This document shows, in pieces, positions 25,637-35,559 of a stretch of DNA of 64,000 nucleotides. The stretch comes from Planctomycetaceae bacterium (GTDB taxonomy: Bacteria > Planctomycetota > Planctomycetia > Pirellulales > UBA1268): contig CANFQO010000002.1 in NCBI GenBank assembly GCA_947449135.1, positions 2,430 through 66,429 of the forward strand, given 5' to 3'. The notes beneath the pieces are model-generated. The model saw nothing but the letters and a program-made list of their open reading frames with translations, was not told the origin of the DNA and made no database searches. The translations under genes were made by a program, and so were the position numbers. The stretch's first letter is position 1; every line of letters starts with the position of its first letter.

Positions 25637-26635
25637 TCAGGCAAACACTTCGACATGCCGCGGTGCAGGGCTGGGGTTGCCCAGATCGAGCGAGATCAGC
25701 CGGCCGCCGCGTTTCCAGTCGGGAGGTCCGTAGCCACCCATGCCGCTGACGCGGCCATAGACCAGTTCGGTGCCCTGCCAGAGCCCGTAAAAGTTGTTGA
25801 CGTGGTCGTGGCCACAGAACACTGAGGTCACGCGGCGGGATTGCGAGAAGAGTGCGAACGAGCGGCCCGTGTCGCTGTCGAAGCAGACCTTCTCTCCCCG
25901 CTGCCCGTCGGCCTTGCCCGACTCGAAGAGCGTTTGGTACTCCAGCAGCGGGATGTGGACGAACACGGTGATGGGAGCCTTCACCTCCCGCTGCCGATCG
26001 CGTTCCAACTGCCGTTCGAACCAGTTGAGTTGGGCATCCGAGATCCGTCGCGTGCTGGCGGCATAGCCCACCTGAAAGAAGAACAGGCAGGCCCGAGGCG
26101 CGGCTGCGTCGGCCGTGAGCAGATCGTAGCGATAGCAGTAGTGACGCCCCTCTGCATCGTCGATGAATCCTTGAAAACCGTGTTCCATCTTCTGTCGGAT
26201 GGCGTCGAGTGGCAGTGAGCCTTCCGCCTCGTTCACAGGGTAGTCGTGATTGCCGACGCAGAGGGTCCAGGGCACGTTCAGCCCATTGATCACATCCATG
26301 CCAACCCAGTCGACGGGCTTCTTGGAATCGTTGTTCACGAAGTCGCCGGTGTGGACGATGAAATCGGGCTGCTCCTTGGCGACGATGGAACGCAGGACCT
26401 GCTCCGTGGCTCGGTTGGTCTCATCACCGGGGTGGAAGTGGGTGTCGGCAAGTTGCAGCAGTCGCAGCGGTCTGGGCCTTGCGGGGGTGAACAGCAGTTC
26501 GCAGTGATCGGTGGCCTGCTGTCGGAACAACAGGTCACCGAACCGCTGTTCGGTGCCGACGTCTGCAACTCCCCGGCAGGCGAGGAGCCCCGCGGCACCG
26601 GCGGTGACACCCTGGAGGAATTCGCGGCGTTGCAC
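25637..26635 (-). CDS. Tat-exported calcineurin-like metallophosphoesterase
   Basis: It has a twin-arginine leader (MQRREFLQGV). The metallophosphoesterase motifs LADTH, HTGDFVN, GNHDY, VFVHIPL and CGHDHVNN are present. Confidence 0.85.
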   Translation of the reverse strand: MQRREFLQGVTAGAAGLLACRGVADVGTEQRFGDLLFRQQATDHCELLFTPARPRPLRLLQLADTHFHPGDETNRATEQVLRSIVAKEQPDFIVHTGDFVNNDSKKPVDWVGMDVINGLNVPWTLCVGNHDYPVNEAEGSLPLDAIRQKMEHGFQGFIDDAEGRHYCYRYDLLTADAAAPRACLFFFQVGYAASTRRISDAQLNWFERQLERDRQREVKAPITVFVHIPLLEYQTLFESGKADGQRGEKVCFDSDTGRSFALFSQSRRVTSVFCGHDHVNNFYGLWQGTELVYGRVSGMGGYGPPDWKRGGRLISLDLGNPSPAPRHVEVFA

Positions 26636-26692
26636 GGCATGGTCCTTTCGAGAGATGTGACGGTTGCCACGGCAGGTGCGGGCGGGAGTTGC

Positions 26693-27370
26693 TCAGCGGT
26701 CGATCGCCCCATCCCACCCGCGGAGTCGGATATGCAGTGTGGCGATTTTACCCATGAAATGATCCATCGAATACTTCCCGGCTGCCAGCAGCAGATGTTT
26801 CCGGGCGAGGTCGGTCTGTCCGAGGGCCTCCGCATGGAGCCCGAGATAGAGGTGGCCGTAGCAGTGGGCATCGCGGCGGGTCGCCTCCGGTGCGGAATCG
26901 GCAGCGGTGATCACTGCGTCGGCCGAGCCTGCGCCGCGGTAGAAGGCCAGGACCTCCTTCATCGGCACCCGGCCATCGTCGCCTACGGGAAGGATCGCCT
27001 GTCGGGCTGCTTCCGGGCCAGATTCGCGGGCCGCGCAGGCGAAGTGCCAGGTGACGTTCTCCACGTCCGCCGGATTGACCGTGCGATGGAGTTCGAACTG
27101 TCGTCGGCCGTCGGCAAACCGGTTGGCATAGTAGAGCGCCAGGCCTCGCTGCCAGAGGTGCGGCTCCATGTCGGGACGGGCCTGGACGAGCGCGTCGAAC
27201 CCCAGGGCAGATGCCTCCGGCTTGCCGTCAAACAGCAGCCGAACAGAGTCGTCGAAGAGTTTTTGCAATGGCACCTCATCCGCCACTGCAGTTGCTCGGT
27301 AGGCATGGATGGTTGTGGCCGTTGCTAAAGCGACAAACAGTCGGCGGGGGATGGGGTGGTCGTGGGGCAT
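26693..27370 (-). CDS. Hypothetical exported helical-repeat protein
   Basis: 225-aa ORF with coding-like codon bias and an N-terminal hydrophobic segment. I recognise no family. Confidence 0.55.
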   Translation of the reverse strand: MPHDHPIPRRLFVALATATTIHAYRATAVADEVPLQKLFDDSVRLLFDGKPEASALGFDALVQARPDMEPHLWQRGLALYYANRFADGRRQFELHRTVNPADVENVTWHFACAARESGPEAARQAILPVGDDGRVPMKEVLAFYRGAGSADAVITAADSAPEATRRDAHCYGHLYLGLHAEALGQTDLARKHLLLAAGKYSMDHFMGKIATLHIRLRGWDGAIDR

Positions 27371-27527
27371 ATGGAGATCGCGATCGAAGCCTGATCAGGT
27401 GGGATTCGGTGCCCGGGTATTGTGGACCGAGGCTTTCAGTATCAAGCCTGTGAGCGATCGTTGCCAGCGATGTGAGACTTTATCCACGGGCTGCTATCCT
27501 TCTTTCAGGATTCTCGGAGGATTTTAA

Positions 27528-28919
27528 ATGCCCTATTCCGCGACACTTCGGGGTCAGCACTACTCATTCCCGGATCTCCGCGACCTGTTGGCCAAGGCAA
27601 ATGAGGAGAAGTCAGGCGACAGCCTGGCTGGAATCGCCGCTACGTCGCATAGTCAGCGGGCCGCAGCCAAGACGGCGCTTACGGATGTGTCGCTCGCGGC
27701 GTTCCTCGATGCGCCGCTCTTGTGCCCCGATGACGATAGCGTCAGCCGGGTGCTGCTCGACGACCACGATCGGGCGGCCTTCGCGACGATCGCCTCCTGG
27801 ACGGTGGGCGAACTGCGTGACCACCTGCTCGCCGAGACAACCTCCGCCGCCGACATCGCTCGGCTCCAGCGGGCGCTCCTGCCCGAAATGGCAGCCGCCG
27901 TCGCCAAACTGATGAGCAACAAGGATCTGGTGATGGCATCCAGCCGGATCAGAAATCTGTCGCACTGCCGCTCAACGCTCGGGGCCCGCGGCGTGCTCGG
28001 CATCCGCATCCAGCCCAATCATCCGGCCGACGATGTGCCGGCGATCCTGTTGGCCACCGTGGAAGGGCTGCTGCACGGCTGCGGTGATGCCGTGATCGGG
28101 GTCAATCCCGCGACCGAATCGGTCGACACCGTGGGTGCCATTCTCCACGCACTCGACCGACTCATCACCACGTTTCAGATCCCCACGCAGCACTGCTGCC
28201 TGGCGCACATCACCACGCAGTTGGCATGCCTCGACCGGGGCGTGCCGATCGATCTTCTCTTTCAGTCGATCGGCGGCACGCAGTTGACCAACGAGAGCTT
28301 CGGCATTTCGCTGGGCATGCTCCAGGAGGGCCGGGAGCGGGTGCTGGAAGACCATCTGAAACGCGACGGCACCAGTGCCGGACGGCAGGTGATGTATTTT
28401 GAGACGGGGCAGGGGAGCAGCCTGTCGGCCGAGGCCCACTGCGGCATCGACCAACTCACGCTCGAGGCCCGCGCTCATGGCCTCGCCCGCGCGTTCGATC
28501 CGTTTTTGGTCAACAGCGTGGTGGGGTTCATCGGGCCGGAATATCTGTGCGACGAGCGACAGATCGTGCGGGCAGGGCTGGAGGATCACTTCGTCGGCAA
28601 GCTCCTTGGGCTGCCGATGGGATGCGATGTGTGCTACACAAACCATGTGGCCGCCGACCAGAACTCCGCGGAAAATCTGCTCATGCTTCTCTCAGCGGCC
28701 GGCTGCAATTTCTTCATGGGCGTGCCCGGAGGAGACGACGTGATGCTCAACTACCAGACCACGAGCTATCACGACGCCATCGCCATGCGGTCGCTGTTTG
28801 CCCTGCGACCCGCCCCTGAATTTGAGCGCTGGCTGGAGACGCAGCAGATCATGCGCGAGGGGGAGTTGCTGCCGACGAGCGCCACCAGCGGCCGGCTGCT
28901 GGCTCACGTGGCTGAGTAG
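27528..28919 (+). CDS. eutB: Ethanolamine ammonia-lyase large subunit
   Basis: It shows a full-length EutB pattern (YSFPDLRDLLAKANEEKSGDSLAGIAA..., GIRIQPNHPADD, VIGVNPA, MYFETGQGS, NSVVGFIGPEYL, MGCDVCYTNH). A GGAGG SD lies upstream. Confidence 0.95.
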   Translation: MPYSATLRGQHYSFPDLRDLLAKANEEKSGDSLAGIAATSHSQRAAAKTALTDVSLAAFLDAPLLCPDDDSVSRVLLDDHDRAAFATIASWTVGELRDHLLAETTSAADIARLQRALLPEMAAAVAKLMSNKDLVMASSRIRNLSHCRSTLGARGVLGIRIQPNHPADDVPAILLATVEGLLHGCGDAVIGVNPATESVDTVGAILHALDRLITTFQIPTQHCCLAHITTQLACLDRGVPIDLLFQSIGGTQLTNESFGISLGMLQEGRERVLEDHLKRDGTSAGRQVMYFETGQGSSLSAEAHCGIDQLTLEARAHGLARAFDPFLVNSVVGFIGPEYLCDERQIVRAGLEDHFVGKLLGLPMGCDVCYTNHVAADQNSAENLLMLLSAAGCNFFMGVPGGDDVMLNYQTTSYHDAIAMRSLFALRPAPEFERWLETQQIMREGELLPTSATSGRLLAHVAE

Positions 28920-28960
28920 GTGTGCACGATGGCAGTGGAGCTCTGCTGGGAGTGTGTCGA

Positions 28961-30460
28961 ATGTCTGCGATGAAACGTTCGTCCGCATCAGACGCCCGCC
29001 GCGCTTCCGTGGATGATTCGTCACTGCTGGAACGCCTGGGATACGTGCAGGAACTCTCCCGCACGCTCAACGCCTTCTCCAACTTTGCCATCTCACTGTC
29101 GATCATCTGCATCCTCGCCGGTGGCATTACGTCATTCCACATTGGCTACTGCTCGGTGGGTGGGGCGGCGATCGGTCTGGGCTGGCCGCTGGTCTGCCTG
29201 TTCTCGCTGGCGGTAGCCCTCTCGATGGCGCAGATCGCCTCAGCGTTTCCTACTGCAGGCGGCCTGTACCACTGGGGAGCGATCCTCGGTGGCCGGGGCT
29301 GCGGCTGGGCCACCGCCTGGTTCAATCTGGCGGGGCTGGTCACCGTGCTGTCGGCGATCAATGTCGGCACGTTTCGGTTTCTGGTCGCCATCTGGAGGCC
29401 CGAGTGGCTGGATAACCAGGCGATCGAACTGCTCGCCGTGTTGTGCATCACCGCGTCGCAGGCGGCTATCAATCATCTCGGCATCAGGCTTACCAGCCGG
29501 CTCACCGACTGCAGTGGGTTTTTGATTCTGGGAGTAGCGGTGGCCTTGCCGGTGGCACTGGCGGTCTACTCCGGTCCATGGCAGTGGGAGCGGCTCGTCA
29601 CCTTCACCAATCACAGCGGCCTGCCCATCGAGGGACCGGTCTGGCCGGTGGGCGCGTCGCTCCCGATCCTGTTTCTGCTCGGCCTGCTGTTACCCGCCTA
29701 CACGATCACCGGCTTCGACGCCTCGGCCCACGTTGCAGAGGAAACGCTCTCCGCCGCCCACAATGTGCCTCGTGGAATCATCAACAGCGTGCTGGTGTCG
29801 GGGGTGATGGGCTGGCTGCTCTTGTGTGTGCTGGTGCTCGCGATGCCCGATCCAGCGGAGGGGGCACGGCAGGGCCCGCTGGTCGTGCCGTGGATCATGA
29901 ACTCGGTGCTGCCGGTGTGGCTGGCCGATCTGATGTTTGCGGGCATCCTGGCAACGCAGTATCTCTGCGGCCTGGCGACCGTCACCTCTGCCTCGCGGAT
30001 GACCTACGCCTTCGCCCGTGATGGTGGTCTGCCCTGCTCCCACCTGCTTCGGAAAGTCAGCATGCGATGGCGGACGCCCGTTGCCGCGATCTGGACGGTG
30101 GCCGTCGGGGCGGTGCTGTTCACGCTCAACACACCTGTCTATTCAACGATCACGGTGGTCTGCACGACATTTCTCTACATCTCCTACGTTCTGCCGATCG
30201 CCGCCGGTCTGTGGGCCTACGGCCGCTCCTGGCGGAGCTTTGGTCCCTGGCAGATGGGAGGCTGGTTCCGGCCGCTGGCGGTGGTGAGCCTCCTCGGCTG
30301 TGTGACGCTGATTCTTGTCGGCATGCAGCCCCCGAATGAGGCTTCGCTGCCGGTGGTGGCGGGGATGGGACTGCTGCTGACCGTGGCCTGGTTCGCCGGA
30401 GTGCGGACGCGGTTTCCAGGCCCCCCAGTCGCTGGCTTGGCGGAGGGAATCGAATCGTGA
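28961..30460 (+). CDS. APC-superfamily amino-acid/ethanolamine-type permease
   Basis: It has about 12 TM helices and the N-terminal APC pattern LERLGYVQELSRTLNAFSNFAISLSIICIL...AFPTAGGLYHW. ATG 28961 was chosen. An in-frame GTG at 28922 lies 2 nt after the eutB stop. Confidence 0.85.
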   Translation: MSAMKRSSASDARRASVDDSSLLERLGYVQELSRTLNAFSNFAISLSIICILAGGITSFHIGYCSVGGAAIGLGWPLVCLFSLAVALSMAQIASAFPTAGGLYHWGAILGGRGCGWATAWFNLAGLVTVLSAINVGTFRFLVAIWRPEWLDNQAIELLAVLCITASQAAINHLGIRLTSRLTDCSGFLILGVAVALPVALAVYSGPWQWERLVTFTNHSGLPIEGPVWPVGASLPILFLLGLLLPAYTITGFDASAHVAEETLSAAHNVPRGIINSVLVSGVMGWLLLCVLVLAMPDPAEGARQGPLVVPWIMNSVLPVWLADLMFAGILATQYLCGLATVTSASRMTYAFARDGGLPCSHLLRKVSMRWRTPVAAIWTVAVGAVLFTLNTPVYSTITVVCTTFLYISYVLPIAAGLWAYGRSWRSFGPWQMGGWFRPLAVVSLLGCVTLILVGMQPPNEASLPVVAGMGLLLTVAWFAGVRTRFPGPPVAGLAEGIES

Positions 30461-31329
30461 CCAAGCCGCAGTCGAAACCGCCAGCCCAGCTTGCGTTGGG
30501 AGCAGACACTGGCCCGACGCCGGTCGTGGACACCGAACGCGAGTCCATGCTGACGGCGATCCGCGCCCGCACGCCGGCGCGACTCATGCTCGCCCGGCAG
30601 GGAGGCTCCTACACGACGCGGGTGCAGGTGGGGCTGCGGCAGGATCATGCCGCAGCGATGGATGCCGTGTGGCGTGAAGTGGTGCCTCAGGCCGACTGGG
30701 GCGCGGCGTTCTGCACACAGTGGCAGATTCTGGAAACGACGTCCGCCGCGGCAACGAAGGAGGAGTATGTGCGACGGCCCGATCTGGGCCGAATCTTTTC
30801 CGCAGCCGCGGCCGCCGACGTGGCTGCCGGCGGCCTCGCGGGAGCGGATCTGCAGATTGTCGTGGGGGATGGTCTGTCAGCGAGCGCTGCGGTGCGGCAG
30901 GTGCCGGTCCTGCTGCCACTGGTGGCGGAATTGGCGCAGGCCCAGCGGTGGTCACTCGGCCGACCGATCTTCGTGCGGTACTGCCGGGTAGGAATCCTCA
31001 ACGCGATCGGCGAACTTCTCAAACCCCGGGTGGTGGTTCTGCTCATTGGCGAACGCCCAGGGCTGCAGACAGCCGAGAGCCTGTCAGCCTACCTGGCGTT
31101 CCGGCCAACAACGGGCCACACCGACGCGCAGCGGAATGTCGTCTCCAACATTCATGCCACGGGCACTCCTCCTGCTCGTGCCGCCGAGCGGATCGTGGCT
31201 CTGGCTGCGGAAATGATGCGCTGCTCCACCAGCGGACCGGCTGTCAAGGAGCAGATCTCGCCGCCGAATGCTCTACTCTCGCAACGAAGCCCGCTCGATA
31301 CCCGCCCGGTCGGCGGCCGACTACGATAG
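30457..31329 (+). CDS. eutC: Ethanolamine ammonia-lyase small subunit
   Basis: RARTPARLMLARQGGSYTT, LLIGERPGLQTAESLSAYLAFRP and NVVSNIH are EutC motifs. The GTG start overlaps the permease stop (GTGA). Confidence 0.9.
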   Translation: MTKPQSKPPAQLALGADTGPTPVVDTERESMLTAIRARTPARLMLARQGGSYTTRVQVGLRQDHAAAMDAVWREVVPQADWGAAFCTQWQILETTSAAATKEEYVRRPDLGRIFSAAAAADVAAGGLAGADLQIVVGDGLSASAAVRQVPVLLPLVAELAQAQRWSLGRPIFVRYCRVGILNAIGELLKPRVVVLLIGERPGLQTAESLSAYLAFRPTTGHTDAQRNVVSNIHATGTPPARAAERIVALAAEMMRCSTSGPAVKEQISPPNALLSQRSPLDTRPVGGRLR

Positions 31330-31367
31330 CTGTGGATAGTCGTTTTCCCAGCACCACGCCCGCCACC

Positions 31368-33101
31368 ATGCCCATCATCCGTCGCGAGTTTCTGTTGCAG
31401 AGTGCCGGTCTGGCCGTGCTTGCCACGCTGACCGCCCGTCGCAGTTGGGCCGCGGATTCTCCTCGGGCTGCCACCGAGATCATCACGAAGCTGGTCGCCG
31501 TCAACGACGCCAAGATTCCCGTCTGGCTGGCGACTCAGGAAAAACGTGCTGATCACCGCTGGCTGGGGGGCAGCATCGGCGGCAATGGCATCCACTGGGT
31601 GCAGGGTACGACCGAGATGATCAGCTCGCTCTGCTGCGGGATCTGTGCCCCCGGTTCGACCTATTTTCAGTCGCAAGAACTGGTCGAGCCGCTGCGGCTG
31701 GCCGTGGCCTATCTGCTGCGGGCACAGCATGCCGACGGCACGATTGATCTCCACACCAGTAACTTCGCCTCGCCACCCGACACGGCATTTGCCATCGACA
31801 GAATGTATCCCGTGTATCGGCTGTTCTCAGGCAGTGGCCTGCCGGCTCTGAACGAGATCGCCATCGATCTCAACACGTTCATCCAGCGGGCTGCCGGTGC
31901 CGTGGCGGTCGGCGGCATCCATACGCCGAATCATCGGTGGGTCGTATGTGCAGCGCTTGCGCAGGCCAATGCGATCGAGCCGCATCAGGCATACGTCGAC
32001 CGGGCCGAGGCCTGGCTGGCGGAAACGATCGATATCGATCCCGACGGGCAGTACACCGAAAAGAGCACGCTCGGCTATTCGGCGGTGATCGATCGGGCGC
32101 TGATCACCACGGCACACCTGCTCGATCGCCCCGAACTCTACGATCCCGTCCGCCGCAATCTGGAGATGATGCTGTATTACGTCCATACCGATGGCGAGGT
32201 GGTGACGGAGGCTTCCAGCCGGCAGGATAAGTTCACTCGCGGCAGTCGCGCACGGTACTACCTGCCCTACCGCACACTGGCGCTTCGTGACGGCAACGGT
32301 CGGTTCGCGGCCGTGGCCCGCGAATTGGAGCGGAACCATGCCAATCAACTGATCGACCTGATCACCTTCCTTTCCGAGCCTTCCTTCGGCGGCGAGTTGC
32401 CTCCGGACTCGCCGTTGCCCGACACCTATGCCAAGGTGTTTTCACATTCCAATCTCGCCCGGATCAGGCGAGGAAGAACCAGTGCCACGATCCTCGCCGA
32501 CAATACGACCTTCTTTTCGCTCCACAAGGGAGCAGCGGCGCTCGACGCAGTGCGGTTGGCCAGTGCGTTCTTCGGCAAGGGGCAATTTTCAAGCGACATT
32601 CTCACGGTGGAGGACGGTCGCTATGTCCTGCGGCAGGTGCTCGAGGGACCGTATTACCAGCCGCTGTCGCCCGAGCAGATTACCGCTGGCGACCACATCA
32701 GAATGGCTCCACAGGGAATCGTGAAGGGCAATCGCGCTGAGTTCCGCACCAAGAGCAACGTGCAGCGATTGGAGGTCATGATCGGGATCACGGAGCGGGA
32801 CGGCATCTTCACGCTCGATTTTTCAGTGACCGGCACACCCGATGTGCCGGTGACGATCGAGTTGGCATTTCGTCACGGTGGCACGCTTGCGGGCGTCGAG
32901 CCGTTGGGCGGCAGCGGCACGGCATTCCTGCTGCCGTCAGGCACCGGCCGGTATACGGTCGGAGATGACACGATCGAATTTGGCCCCGGGAATCGGGATC
33001 ACACCTACACGCAGATCCGTGGGGCGTTGCCAAAGTGGGACGGCCAGAGCGTGTTTGTGACAGGCATGACACCGTTCCATCACACGCTGTCGATCGGCTG
33101 A
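31368..33101 (+). CDS. Tat-exported hypothetical protein, possibly with a heparinase II/III-like (alpha/alpha toroid plus beta-sandwich) fold
   Basis: It has a twin-arginine leader (MPIIRREFLLQSAGLAVLATLTARRSWA). The segment GGIHTPNHRWVVCAALA is reminiscent of polysaccharide-lyase-type toroids. The longer 793-aa ORF N-terminus overlaps eutC and was rejected. Confidence 0.6.
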   Translation: MPIIRREFLLQSAGLAVLATLTARRSWAADSPRAATEIITKLVAVNDAKIPVWLATQEKRADHRWLGGSIGGNGIHWVQGTTEMISSLCCGICAPGSTYFQSQELVEPLRLAVAYLLRAQHADGTIDLHTSNFASPPDTAFAIDRMYPVYRLFSGSGLPALNEIAIDLNTFIQRAAGAVAVGGIHTPNHRWVVCAALAQANAIEPHQAYVDRAEAWLAETIDIDPDGQYTEKSTLGYSAVIDRALITTAHLLDRPELYDPVRRNLEMMLYYVHTDGEVVTEASSRQDKFTRGSRARYYLPYRTLALRDGNGRFAAVARELERNHANQLIDLITFLSEPSFGGELPPDSPLPDTYAKVFSHSNLARIRRGRTSATILADNTTFFSLHKGAAALDAVRLASAFFGKGQFSSDILTVEDGRYVLRQVLEGPYYQPLSPEQITAGDHIRMAPQGIVKGNRAEFRTKSNVQRLEVMIGITERDGIFTLDFSVTGTPDVPVTIELAFRHGGTLAGVEPLGGSGTAFLLPSGTGRYTVGDDTIEFGPGNRDHTYTQIRGALPKWDGQSVFVTGMTPFHHTLSIG

Positions 33102-33221
33102 GAGCGGGCCCGGTCGTCGTCACTGGCCACGAGTGCAGCGATGTTGGCATCGCCTCCAGAGCTGATGGTAGTATGGATGAACGACGGTTTCCGAGACATA
33201 TGTTCCTCGCGGTGCGATGCG

Positions 33222-35507
33222 ATGTCTTCCAGCCAGCCACACGACCAGCCATCTTGTTGGAAGCGCGTGCATCCCACTGCCGTGCGGTGGGCCCTCTCGA
33301 TGCTGGTGGTCGCGGGCGTGGCCGATCACATGTGGGCGGATGAATCGACGCCGGCAGCCGTCCCAATTCCTGCCGTCGATTTTGTTCGTGACATCAAGCC
33401 GATCTTTGTGCAGCACTGCTACGAGTGCCACGGTCCCGGTCAGGAACGAGGCGGCCTGTCGCTGATCGAGCGCGGCCTTGCCCTCTCGGGTGGGGACAGC
33501 GGGCCGGGACTGGTGCCCGGCTCGGCCGCCACCAGCCTGCTGCTCCACCGGGTGACGGGCCAGAAGGCACCGGCAATGCCGCTCGACGGGGAGCCGCTCT
33601 CCACGGCGGAAGTCGAGTTGCTCGAGGCCTGGATCGATCAAGGAGCAGACTGGCCGCAGATCGCCGAGGATGCCGATCCTCGCCGACTCGCGGCGGCGCA
33701 GCACTGGGCGTTTGTGCCGTTGGTCAAACCGGCGGTGCCGCCGTCCGTCGCGCCCCGGCCCAATCCCGTCACGGACGACGCTCTGGCCAGCGACGCCATC
33801 GATCGTTTCGTGACGGCCCGCCTCGAGAGTCGGCAACTTCACCTTCAGCCGGAGGCCGATCGCACCACGCTCCTTCGCCGCGCCACCTTCGATCTGACGG
33901 GGCTCGCGCCGACGCCGGAGGAGATCGTCGCGTTTGCCGCTGACACACGCCCGGAGGCGTATCCCGAGTTGATCGATCGGCTGCTGGCCTCACCGGCATA
34001 CGGAGAGCGTTGGGCCAGACACTGGCTCGATGTGGTGCGGTATTCCGATTCCGGTGGCTACGACACCGACATCTACTACGAACAGGCTTGGCGCTACCGC
34101 AACTACTGCATCCGCTCCTTCCAGGAGGACAAGCCGTTCGACCAGTTTCTGAAGGAGCAGGTGGCTGGTGACGAACTCTGGCCGGAGCAGGGGGAGGCGA
34201 TGGCCGATGCGGTGGCCTTGTGGACGCTCGGGCAATGGCCCAATGCCTTCGATGCTTTTCCCGACAAGCTCGCCTACGTTCGGCGCAACGACCAGGTTGT
34301 CACGTTGAGCGAAGCGATGCTCGGTCTCACCGTGGGCTGCGCCAACTGCCACCACCATAAATACGATCCGATCAGCCAGCGAGACTATTTCGGACTCGAG
34401 GCGGTGTTTGCCGGTTCGGAGACCTTTAACCGCACCACCGGCAACGTGGCGTGGGTTAACGGTGAAAAGTCGCACTTTAGGGCGCTGCGTCACGCCACGC
34501 AGCCGGTGCCGGTGCATCTGCTGCGGCGCGGCGAACTGAGCCAGCCCGCGGGACAGGTTGTCCCTTCCGCGCCGGCATTCCTACCGCACGGCGGACCGTT
34601 GTTCCCTGCGAATGCCGAGGATCCTTCCCTGGCTCGGGCCCGTCTGGCCTCGTGGATCACGGCGGCCGACAACCCGCTCACCGCCCGCGTGATCGCCAAC
34701 CGAATCTGGCAGTGGCACTTTGGTCGGGGCATCGTTGCCACGCCCAACGACTTCGGCACCCAGGGAGCATCCCCTTCCCATCCGGAACTCCTCGACTGGC
34801 TGGCTGCAGATCTGCGTGACCACGGCTGGAAACTCAAACGCCTGCACCGTGCCATCATGCTCAGCCACACCTACCGGCAGGGCGGCCAGCGGGAATCGGC
34901 GGCGGTGGCGGTCGATCCGGAAAATATTCTGTTGGCCGGCTTTCCTCGCCGTCGCATGGAGGCCGAGGCGGTCTGGGATCGGCTGCTGGAGGCCTCTGGC
35001 CGTCTCGATCGACGGCCGGTCGATGAGCCGTTCGTGCCACCCCTCACCGATGAGGAATTGCAGGGGCTCTACGACATCAACGGCAAGCCGCGGGAATTCA
35101 AATGGAAGACCACCGAGGCACAGAACCGGCGGGGAATCTACATGCTCAACCGCCGATCCTTTCGGATGCCCCTCCTGGAGGCCTTCGACCAGCCGCCCAA
35201 CAGCGTCAGCTGTCCCGTGCGGCAAACCTCTACGGTGCCGGGCCAGACGCTGGCCCTGCTCAATGGCGACCTTCCCATCGAGCAGTCCATGGCGATGCAG
35301 GAACGGCTGGCTCGTGAGGAGCCCGACTCCATGGAGCGTCGGCTCAAGCGGGCCTGGCTGCTGGCATTTGCCCGTCCGATTCGACAGGAGGAGTTGGCCC
35401 TCGCCCGCCAATTTCTCGATGCCCGCCCCGAAAAGCCCGCTGCCGAGGTCTGGACAGAGCTTTGTCTGGCGCTGATCAACGCCAGTGAATTCGTGTATGT
35501 AGACTGA
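33222..35507 (+). CDS. PSCyt1 / DUF1549 / DUF1553 (planctomycete cytochrome-c-like) protein
   Basis: It has the FVRDIKPIFVQHCYECHGPGQERGGLSL CxxCH motif, the DUF1549-type ERWARHWLDVVRYSDSGGY and the DUF1553-type CANCHHHKYDPISQRDYF. The start is uncertain (33141-33222). Confidence 0.9.
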   Translation: MSSSQPHDQPSCWKRVHPTAVRWALSMLVVAGVADHMWADESTPAAVPIPAVDFVRDIKPIFVQHCYECHGPGQERGGLSLIERGLALSGGDSGPGLVPGSAATSLLLHRVTGQKAPAMPLDGEPLSTAEVELLEAWIDQGADWPQIAEDADPRRLAAAQHWAFVPLVKPAVPPSVAPRPNPVTDDALASDAIDRFVTARLESRQLHLQPEADRTTLLRRATFDLTGLAPTPEEIVAFAADTRPEAYPELIDRLLASPAYGERWARHWLDVVRYSDSGGYDTDIYYEQAWRYRNYCIRSFQEDKPFDQFLKEQVAGDELWPEQGEAMADAVALWTLGQWPNAFDAFPDKLAYVRRNDQVVTLSEAMLGLTVGCANCHHHKYDPISQRDYFGLEAVFAGSETFNRTTGNVAWVNGEKSHFRALRHATQPVPVHLLRRGELSQPAGQVVPSAPAFLPHGGPLFPANAEDPSLARARLASWITAADNPLTARVIANRIWQWHFGRGIVATPNDFGTQGASPSHPELLDWLAADLRDHGWKLKRLHRAIMLSHTYRQGGQRESAAVAVDPENILLAGFPRRRMEAEAVWDRLLEASGRLDRRPVDEPFVPPLTDEELQGLYDINGKPREFKWKTTEAQNRRGIYMLNRRSFRMPLLEAFDQPPNSVSCPVRQTSTVPGQTLALLNGDLPIEQSMAMQERLAREEPDSMERRLKRAWLLAFARPIRQEELALARQFLDARPEKPAAEVWTELCLALINASEFVYVD

Positions 35508-35559
35508 TTTCTGGAGTCGCGTCGGCCTGGAGTGCCTGCGCTGGCCTGGAGGTGGTGCC

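Noticed and set aside
27371-27527. Possible AdoCbl riboswitch or other leader element upstream of eutB
   Set aside because: The leader is only 157 nt. I could not find a B12-box-like core or the multi-stem architecture. A covariance-model scan would be needed to be sure.
30720-31367. N-terminal 216 codons of the 793-aa ORF 30720-33101. The same issue applies to the N-terminal extensions of ORFs 51789-53228, 52952-53722, 56483-57511, 6177-6881 and 6667-7335.
   Set aside because: The extensions overlap upstream genes or repeat DNA and have non-protein-like composition. Internal starts give proper signal peptides or canonical family N-termini.
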